Virus record (IMG/VR): IMGVR_UViG_3300044695_006401
DNA from: a virus
Lineage: Duplodnaviria > Caudoviricetes
Reading direction: 5' to 3' (one strand)
DNA length: 64,000 nucleotides
Under the pieces are notes generated by a model that was given only the letters and a program-made list of their open reading frames with translations, was not told the origin of the DNA and ran no database searches. A program made the translations under genes and the position numbers. Below are positions 26,800-33,991 of this stretch, one piece after another (position 1 is the first letter of the stretch; each line of letters begins with the position of its first letter).

Positions 26800-27597
26800 T
26801 TATAAGAATAGATCAATATATTCTCTCCATCCACACTTTATCAAATTGTATTTTTCAGGATCAGATAGATACATAAAGTCAAACATTTTTTCATCACTAC
26901 CAACATACTCATTGTTAATAGAATTAAGTGTAACCTTTTCAAAAATCTTAACCGCATCTTCTATTTTATTTTTCGGTACGAACAAAGACCCTCCTTGAAT
27001 AAACCTTGTTTGTGAAAGTGCGTGGAATTCTTGGTTTTCGACTCTCACATAATCGTGATGACAGAAAAATGTTATTTTATCATTATCAAGTTTATTAATT
27101 TTTTCTAAATTTGGCCAGTGTACATTTTTTTGCGGGTGGTCTTCTCTAATCACTCCCGCATCTGCCCAAACATATAAGTCAGCATCAAAATAATTATTTT
27201 TGTATGAGTCTAAGATGTAATACAACTTACTAAACATTACAACATTGTACAACGGTTTTGTCATTTCTGGTACATCAAATTGTATTTTCTTTTTAAATGA
27301 CTCGGATGACATTAAATTTTGGAGAGGTTCATTAAATGTTTTATAACCGTCGATTTGTTCTAAAGGTTGTATCACAAAAATTGTCTTTTCTAAGTTGGGG
27401 TCAACCTCTTTTCTGAAATTCATGATTTGATCCTTAAACTTTTCTTCGGTGTAAATTATCAAATTAGTATCCAAATAAAGCAAACTTCTCATCCACCAAA
27501 TATATGTGTGATAAGACATCGTAAAATTGTCCCATTTATCTCTTCCTATATCAAATAGCGCGGTGACTAATGCCGTTTTCTTTATATCCATTCCCAA
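26800..27597 (-). CDS. HtrL/YibB (WlaTC/HtrL)-like putative glycosyltransferase
   Basis: TALVTALFDIGRDKW, YNVVMFSK, YVWADAG, FIQGGSLF, GSDEK. Confidence 0.7.
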   Translation of the reverse strand: MGMDIKKTALVTALFDIGRDKWDNFTMSYHTYIWWMRSLLYLDTNLIIYTEEKFKDQIMNFRKEVDPNLEKTIFVIQPLEQIDGYKTFNEPLQNLMSSESFKKKIQFDVPEMTKPLYNVVMFSKLYYILDSYKNNYFDADLYVWADAGVIREDHPQKNVHWPNLEKINKLDNDKITFFCHHDYVRVENQEFHALSQTRFIQGGSLFVPKNKIEDAVKIFEKVTLNSINNEYVGSDEKMFDFMYLSDPEKYNLIKCGWREYIDLFL

Positions 27598-28328
27598 TTT
27601 ATTTTTATGTTTTTATGTTGTATGTTTACTTGATCGACATCAAAAAAATCAGAAGTATTATCAGATTTTATTATCGTATTTAGTGTATATCCATATTTGT
27701 TCAACATGGTTGGTACAAATCCTTCAGAATATCCGTGTAAACCTTCTTCGTGTATTTCCAATAATTTTTTCATAGCCCTATTAGAAAATCTGTTTGTTGG
27801 AAAAAACGAACCAAACTTTTCATTAATGTCATCGGGTAAAATATCTCCATCGCCCGGAAATCTTTCAAACCACATGTGTTGTGATGTGGTTCTGTTATCA
27901 ATTACTGGTATTTTTTCTTGTGTAATCACATTTGAGTCCTTGAATACGATATAACCTAAAAAGTCTGAATCGTCTTTATCCGTTCCTTCAAAAAATAAAT
28001 CCCAATTCCCAACTTTTACATCGTCATCAAAAAACCAATAATAGTCATAATTGGGGTTTTGGGTGTAATAATTTAACATCCTAAAATGAGCGTAGAACCA
28101 TATTATATTTCGATTCCCGTTTGAATTCCAATAATGTCTTTTACTGACCTCACCAGTAAAATCTAATTGTTCTCTTAATTTTTTTTCTGTATATGTAAAA
28201 CCTAAATTAAAGTTTTCATTTTTACTATTATCTGTCACCCAAACAATGTCTTTAGTGAAGTTTTTCCAATTATTCTCATATGCCGGATACACATCAGGTG
28301 TCGTACAGACACAATATACACTATTCAT
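27582..28328 (-). CDS. Putative GT-A glycosyltransferase (DUF3405-like)
   Basis: YDYYWFFDDDV acidic motif, FFPTNRFSNRAM, GYSEGFVPT. Confidence 0.6.
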   Translation of the reverse strand: MNSVYCVCTTPDVYPAYENNWKNFTKDIVWVTDNSKNENFNLGFTYTEKKLREQLDFTGEVSKRHYWNSNGNRNIIWFYAHFRMLNYYTQNPNYDYYWFFDDDVKVGNWDLFFEGTDKDDSDFLGYIVFKDSNVITQEKIPVIDNRTTSQHMWFERFPGDGDILPDDINEKFGSFFPTNRFSNRAMKKLLEIHEEGLHGYSEGFVPTMLNKYGYTLNTIIKSDNTSDFFDVDQVNIQHKNIKINWEWI

Positions 28329-29139
28329 ATTCTTTTAGTATTATTTCATTCCACTCAGGTATTCTATTGAATTGGTGTACAATGTCATAGACTTGGTCTT
28401 TGTGGTTATATATTTTATTATCTTTAAGATATGGAATACCTCCGTATCTATTTATAAGAGTATTTTTAAATCCCCATGATTCAAAGAACTGTGTAGGTCC
28501 ACCAACAGCACAATGTACAGTCCAACCCTCATCAAAAGAAAATATTTTTAATTTTTCAATTTCATTTTTAGCAATCATTACAATCAATGCCGCTTGATCT
28601 TTGATGTTGTGTAAGTTACTACTGTTTTCACACATATCATTCATTTTGGTATAAAGTTTAATTAACTCTTCTTTTTTTCCTCCGATTACTCCTGAACATA
28701 TAATTTCATGGTTTCGACATAACTCTAAATCTTCGGGGAATACTTTAGATATTACATCACCATTCCAAGGCTCTTCATTTATTTTTAAACCTTCAGAACC
28801 CACAAAAACATCATAGTCATTTGTGAATTTAACAAACGGGTCCGATTGGAAGACAACATCAAAAACATCTGTAATCAAATAAAAATCATAATCAGATGTT
28901 GTAATGAAATCTAAAGTATGTTTCAATCTCTTATTGTTAATAAACCATGTATCCTCAACATTTACCTTAATTGGTATAATACCTAATTGTTCGCATAATT
29001 TTATCTCGTCCTCCGTTGAGTTTGCACAAAGTAGTACGACATCTCCGTCTGTTGATCTTTTGAAGCTATTAGACCAAACTTTTATTTTACCTATGTTTTG
29101 GGATATGTTGTTACATAGTCCAGTTAACACTTTTTTCAT
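28321..29139 (-). CDS. Putative GT-A glycosyltransferase (PLOD-GT-like)
   Basis: YLITDVFDVVFQSDPF (DxxD), IICSGVIGG, DQAAL, HQFNR. Confidence 0.7.
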   Translation of the reverse strand: MKKVLTGLCNNISQNIGKIKVWSNSFKRSTDGDVVLLCANSTEDEIKLCEQLGIIPIKVNVEDTWFINNKRLKHTLDFITTSDYDFYLITDVFDVVFQSDPFVKFTNDYDVFVGSEGLKINEEPWNGDVISKVFPEDLELCRNHEIICSGVIGGKKEELIKLYTKMNDMCENSSNLHNIKDQAALIVMIAKNEIEKLKIFSFDEGWTVHCAVGGPTQFFESWGFKNTLINRYGGIPYLKDNKIYNHKDQVYDIVHQFNRIPEWNEIILKEYE

Positions 29140-29140
29140 A

Positions 29141-29740
29141 CTAACAATTGTTTAATCTATGAGTTAATTGGTCATTTACACCGAAAATTGTTGGCCATGT
29201 ATACTCCAAAGCCCAAATATTATTGTCGTTTCCGTCACCCGGTCCTGAGGATAATGATATAGTTTTTCTAATACTTTCTATCAATTTTACATAAAAATCA
29301 CGGCTGTTTTTTTGAATTGTTTCTTTTTTTACGATACATTGCATACCAGCAACAAACATAAAAGGTAATTCATAACTTATTCCCATCTTATCACAATAAT
29401 CAGTTGCTTGTTTTATACAACCTTCATTATCTCGTACATAGGTCGCACCTAACGGATGGAATTCTTTGTCAAATTTATAACTGTTTATAAATTCTACACA
29501 ATTTTCACAATAATGATCGAAAGGATTACCTTGTAAAAAAATAGTAAAGTCCGTTAAATTATCATAATTGTTTATTATGTGATACAAATGAGTTTGAGCG
29601 TCTTTACCATAATTAGGAAGATTATTTTCATATAAGTGGTCGTCTTCTCTATTCTTATTATATATTGTAACTTTGTGTTTTACATTTTTAGTCCAACTCA
29701 CATCCTCATTAAATTTTGCAACTACTACTTCTACATTCAT
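29141..29740 (-). CDS. DUF3431-family protein (putative GT-like)
   Basis: VVVAKFNEDVSW, NYGKDAQTHLYHIINNYDNL..FTIFLQGNPFDH. Confidence 0.8.
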   Translation of the reverse strand: MNVEVVVAKFNEDVSWTKNVKHKVTIYNKNREDDHLYENNLPNYGKDAQTHLYHIINNYDNLTDFTIFLQGNPFDHYCENCVEFINSYKFDKEFHPLGATYVRDNEGCIKQATDYCDKMGISYELPFMFVAGMQCIVKKETIQKNSRDFYVKLIESIRKTISLSSGPGDGNDNNIWALEYTWPTIFGVNDQLTHRLNNC

Positions 29741-30984
29741 AACTTTTTCTCTATTTTTTCACACCAACCTTTAGATTTAGAAAACGGCCAGACTACATAA
29801 TAATTAGGTTTTTCGGCTGTTTGGAATTTTCTACAGATGTTATACATCTGAGGTTCTTCTCTCGTTAGGAAATTTATTTCATTTATATCTGCATCTTGTC
29901 TGTGTAAAGTTTCACCACCTTCTCTATGGAAAGCAACAACCCAAAATTCATAATCATTCTCAGGTAGTTTTGATCTATCTACACTGATACAGTATTCAAA
30001 GTCTTTTACAAAACTTTCCTTCCACTCATCTTCTGAATTATATTCATATGGATTTGGTGGGTAATTTTTTTGTAGGGTGTAGTCCTGAACAGATCTTTTT
30101 TCAAATAAAAGTCCGGAATATATTTCATAGTCTCTTAATGTTCTTTCTTTTCCAAAACCATAAGGTCCGTCATGACCTTCTTGTTCTAACCCATCCATAC
30201 CAAATAATTTTCTATTTGTAAGATGTGATGATTCATTTTTTTTGTACCATTCTTTATCATCATCCCATTGTTTTGTTCTACCGTTTCTGGTATACTCATG
30301 CCAACACACAATTCTGTGTGGATGAAATAGATCATAACCATGTGTGAACGCCCTAACGGCTATTGAAATTTCCTCTCCGTGAAAATAATATTCAGGATTG
30401 TGTTGAACTTCCTTCGAAAACTGACCTAAAGTAAAACAGAAGTGTGCAGAATAAAATCTAGCCGGCACTGGCATTTCAATTTCTTCCCAATTTGGAATTG
30501 TCTCAGGTAAGAAGAAAACCGCACCTTCAGGTATGAATTTATCAAACGCCATTCTCCAAGGAACTTGGACTCTACCATCGGGATCATTCGTTGGGTTATA
30601 TGAAGGCACATACGATGTTAATAATGGTTTTGGTATGCCTATTTCTTGGAGTTGTTTAACCATGTTGATTAACATTTTATCCCAATTTTTTTCAAATCTC
30701 ATATGGGAATCTATTTGTAATGTGTATTCCTCACCATCATATTGTTGTTGGGTAAGGTTTCTAGCCCAACATACCCCTTTTGACTCTTCGTGAGGTATAT
30801 CAATCACTTTAAATCTTTCATCGTCACTATACTCAGACAGATCATCAAATTTGTCATCAGGGTGAAATTGTTTTGCAATACTGAAAACTAAGTTCTCAGG
30901 ATTTTTTGAATTTTCAATACAACTCTTGATAGTTGGGATTAGTTCAGGGTCACGATATGAAGCAATCTGAATAAAAATTTTCAT
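29737..30984 (-). CDS. GT60-like polypeptide/hydroxyproline alpha-N-acetylglucosaminyltransferase with extra C-terminal domain
   Basis: IFIQIASYRDPEL, GVCWARN, YTLQIDSHMRF (DxH), FYSAHFCF, YFHGEEISIAVRAFTHGYDLFHP. Confidence 0.85.
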   Translation of the reverse strand: MKIFIQIASYRDPELIPTIKSCIENSKNPENLVFSIAKQFHPDDKFDDLSEYSDDERFKVIDIPHEESKGVCWARNLTQQQYDGEEYTLQIDSHMRFEKNWDKMLINMVKQLQEIGIPKPLLTSYVPSYNPTNDPDGRVQVPWRMAFDKFIPEGAVFFLPETIPNWEEIEMPVPARFYSAHFCFTLGQFSKEVQHNPEYYFHGEEISIAVRAFTHGYDLFHPHRIVCWHEYTRNGRTKQWDDDKEWYKKNESSHLTNRKLFGMDGLEQEGHDGPYGFGKERTLRDYEIYSGLLFEKRSVQDYTLQKNYPPNPYEYNSEDEWKESFVKDFEYCISVDRSKLPENDYEFWVVAFHREGGETLHRQDADINEINFLTREEPQMYNICRKFQTAEKPNYYVVWPFSKSKGWCEKIEKKL

Positions 30985-31028
30985 AGATTTTTATTTGAAA
31001 AATAACCTATGATTTGACTAAATAAAGG

Positions 31029-32165
31029 TTAATTAAAAGAAACCGTTAAACTACCAATATTTTGAGTGGTATAAAAAACATTTGGTCCTGGAGTCGTTTG
31101 GTATGAACTCACAAGATACGGTGAATTAACTTCTATACTATATGTCTCACCATTTGAGTCTATAATATAAATTGATCCACTACTTCCGATAATACCTGTC
31201 GGTGTCGTTACACCTGTTGTTATGTCTATTTCTATATCTAATGTTGCCCCTGATGAATAATTATACTGTTGTATGTAATAGTTTGTTCCGTCACCACCCA
31301 AAATTATTAAATCACCTGTAGTCGACAATACAATGTCTTGTATCGCAGGATCACCCGAAAGTGATCCTTGTAATTGAAATAGTTGTGTATAAGTTGCAGC
31401 ACTTCCAGATATGTCTATGTTATAGACATAATTCAAAGATGTACCTGTTTGATCATAGTGTGTACAAATCAAAGTATTAGTGTCTTTTGCTTCAAATCCT
31501 TGTCTAGTACTTTCAGAAAAAGGGTTTGTGATTGATCTACTGTATGTTACACTAAAAGGATTTAAGGTATAATTCAACTCGTCAATACCACCATCAAATG
31601 GTCTTACCCAAATTTTGTTTGAACTATTCGCCAATGTGCCACCATCTGTCAACCCACTCAAATTATAACCTCCTTGCATCGTATTATCGTTTATACTATA
31701 CAAGTAAAAATCACTATTGTCATCAAAGGATGATGCAATAACAACATCAGGTGGTGTTGTTGGGGTAGGAGTTGGTGTAGGCGAAACAGTTGGGGTTGGG
31801 GTAGGAGTCGGTGTTGGTGAGATAGTCGGAGTTGGTGTTGCTGTCGGTGGTATAGGTGTAGGTGTTGGACTAACTGTGGGTGTAGGTGTTGGTGTCGAAG
31901 TAGGTGTTGGTGAGATAGTCGGAGTTGGTGTAGGCGTAGGTGTAGGAATACATACTTTATTTTCGGTATATATACATCCATTACTATCTATTAACTTAAC
32001 ACCGATAGAATCATAATTAGGAAAAAAGTAATCAGTATCCACCACAACTGTAGGTGGTATTTGACAACTACCTGATATTAAAAAGCAAGACGTATATCCA
32101 GTATTACATAAAAATACATCATATGGACTTGTTCCACTTGTTACACCAGTTATTTGTATTATCAT
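31029..32165 (-). CDS. Virion protein: Cys-domain, 65-aa (Thr-Pro)n linker, beta-rich C-terminal domain (378 aa)
   Basis: TP tract at about 31755-31950; the C-terminal domain is beta-strand/propeller-like. Confidence 0.75.
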   Translation of the reverse strand: MIIQITGVTSGTSPYDVFLCNTGYTSCFLISGSCQIPPTVVVDTDYFFPNYDSIGVKLIDSNGCIYTENKVCIPTPTPTPTPTISPTPTSTPTPTPTVSPTPTPIPPTATPTPTISPTPTPTPTPTVSPTPTPTPTTPPDVVIASSFDDNSDFYLYSINDNTMQGGYNLSGLTDGGTLANSSNKIWVRPFDGGIDELNYTLNPFSVTYSRSITNPFSESTRQGFEAKDTNTLICTHYDQTGTSLNYVYNIDISGSAATYTQLFQLQGSLSGDPAIQDIVLSTTGDLIILGGDGTNYYIQQYNYSSGATLDIEIDITTGVTTPTGIIGSSGSIYIIDSNGETYSIEVNSPYLVSSYQTTPGPNVFYTTQNIGSLTVSFN

Positions 32166-32174
32166 CTATTTTTA

Positions 32175-33710
32175 TTATTGTATCTCATAACTACCGTTCC
32201 AAATGAATCTATCAGTACTTGCCCAAGTAAACGGTTGGATTGAATTAACATCGTTAGCGGTTCCACCTGTAGTTTGATATTGTATCGGAGCTTTAGTGTT
32301 AAATCCAGCTCTTGCCCCAACCATAGTAGCATTATACCAAGCGGAACCATTATCTAATAACGTGGCTGTCAATAGTATAGCATCCGCATTAGCGGCAGTA
32401 AACGGCATCGATACATACCATTCACCTGAACCAAATGTTGTTGAGCTACCCATCACAATATTACCCCTAACAAAACATGTTTTACCGATTACTTTGTAGT
32501 ATCCTTCTATAGTTCCATTACCAATTACAGGGTTAGTAACACTTGCTGTCCAAACTGGTGTATATGATGCCCAAGCAGTTTCTATTTGTGAACCCGAAAG
32601 ATTAAATGTCGTTGCTGATATTGTAGTTGCCGAAATTGTTGGTGCAGTTATTCGTCCTCCAACTTTTGTATTACCAGATATGTCAACCATTTCTGTTGGG
32701 TTAGTAATACCAAATCCAACATATCCTCTTGTAGTACCAGTACCTTGGATATGAATATCAGGTATTGTTCCATTAGCGTCTTGACCTGCATAAAATCTAA
32801 TGTAATCCTCTATTGTAGAACCTGATGTTTGACGATTGATAATATTAAGCCCGTTTGCTTCGTTGGAGGCGTATATGAATGTGTCGCCAACTTTACCATA
32901 TCCAGGATATGTTACATCGTCCCAAGTTCTAACACCTGCAGATAAACTAAATAATGGTTTGGTTACAGATGGGGCCCCTGCCACATTAATTCTTGGTAAG
33001 AAAGTATCACCTGATATTTGAAATACACCACCTGCTGTATTTTCATAAGTGATTTTAGATTTTGTCCCAAACGCTTCAACTGTATGTTGTGGATTGTTTG
33101 TATTTATACCCAATCTATTATTAACTTGGTCCAAAGTAATACCTGATGTAATACCAAAATAAGTATTACCTGTTACAGTCCCACCTGATAAAGGTAGATA
33201 TAAACCATCAGGACTAATTCCGCTAGTCCCTGAAGAACCCGAGCTTCCACTACTTCCTGAAGTTCCACTTGACCCTGAGCTTCCACTACTTCCTGAAGAA
33301 CCGCTTGTTCCGCTAGATCCTGAAGAGCCGCTACTTCCACTCGATCCATATGTTCCTGAAGACCCTGAAGAACCTGAGATTCCGCTAGTTCCACTTGAGC
33401 CCGAGCTCCCACTACCTGAGGTACCAGAGGTACCGCTACTTCCTGAAGAACCACTCGACCCTGAAGAACCCGAGCTACCGCTACCTGAGGTACCAGAGGT
33501 GCCGCTACTTCCTGAAGAACCCGAGCTACCGCTACTTCCTGAAGATCCGGAAGTACCTGTACCGCCGCTAATACTCGCAGTAATAGAAGAAAAATATATT
33601 GCACTTGTTATTCCTGAAGCATTAGTGCTGTAGTCTACAAGCACCATAATAGATTGTGGTTGCCCTGAACTTACAAATGGTAGTTGAGATATTCTTAAAT
33701 CTTGTGACAT
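32175..33710 (-). CDS. Tail fibre-like protein with Gly-Ser-Ser collagen-like repeat (511 aa)
   Basis: N-terminal DLRISQLP, about 115-aa G-X-X tract, GINTNNP/GFGITNP fibre motifs, C-terminal YTPVWTAS..NPVIGNGTIEGYY..IGKTCFV head domain. Confidence 0.75.
   Translation of the reverse strand: MSQDLRISQLPFVSSGQPQSIMVLVDYSTNASGITSAIYFSSITASISGGTGTSGSSGSSGSSGSSGSSGTSGTSGSGSSGSSGSSGSSGSSGTSGTSGSGSSGSSGTSGISGSSGSSGTYGSSGSSGSSGSSGTSGSSGSSGSSGSSGTSGSSGSSGSSGTSGISPDGLYLPLSGGTVTGNTYFGITSGITLDQVNNRLGINTNNPQHTVEAFGTKSKITYENTAGGVFQISGDTFLPRINVAGAPSVTKPLFSLSAGVRTWDDVTYPGYGKVGDTFIYASNEANGLNIINRQTSGSTIEDYIRFYAGQDANGTIPDIHIQGTGTTRGYVGFGITNPTEMVDISGNTKVGGRITAPTISATTISATTFNLSGSQIETAWASYTPVWTASVTNPVIGNGTIEGYYKVIGKTCFVRGNIVMGSSTTFGSGEWYVSMPFTAANADAILLTATLLDNGSAWYNATMVGARAGFNTKAPIQYQTTGGTANDVNSIQPFTWASTDRFIWNGSYEIQ
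33218..33568. repeat. Degenerate 9-bp (Gly-Ser-Ser/Gly-Thr-Ser) tandem repeat
   Basis: Recurrent CTTCCTGAAG / GAGCTTCCAC / CCGCTAC units on the plus strand with synonymous variation. Confidence 0.9.
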
Positions 33711-33989
33711 CTATAGTATAATTTTAAAACCGTTTTCTTGTAATATGTAATAACCGTTCTCTTGTAATAAATACCCTATTGGGCAACTTATTAATTGGAA
33801 AACTTCAAAATTATTACTGTCAACAAGTTTGACCATTATGGTTTCTGCAGTTTGAAAAAAACTATTAAGGGTAAAGGTTCCTCCTGTTGTACCAATATAT
33901 TGGCAATTATTACCATTTTCATCACATATAAAAAATTGGTATGGTGGATTACCCCCCGTTTCACCCGATATTACCAAACCACTAGCCAT
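33711..33989 (-). CDS. Small Cys-domain protein with C-terminal LQENG repeat (92 aa)
   Basis: GGNPPYQFFICDENGNNCQYI; ends YLLQENGYYILQENGFKIIL; TAG abuts the fibre ATG. Confidence 0.7.
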   Translation of the reverse strand: MASGLVISGETGGNPPYQFFICDENGNNCQYIGTTGGTFTLNSFFQTAETIMVKLVDSNNFEVFQLISCPIGYLLQENGYYILQENGFKIIL

Positions 33990-33991
33990 TA

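Noticed and set aside
26800-30984. Eukaryotic giant virus (NCLDV) origin suggested by eukaryote-like GT families, DnaJ and RNR
   Set aside because: The bacterial sigma factor, Bacteroidota promoters, rho-independent terminators and gp25/gp6 baseplate genes indicate a bacteriophage.
26800-30984. GT cassette as a DNA hypermodification system
   Set aside because: Not excluded but less likely: no hydroxymethylase, thymidylate-synthase-like or base-modifying kinase genes are adjacent, the lead enzyme is a peptide-acting family, and the cassette sits among tail genes.
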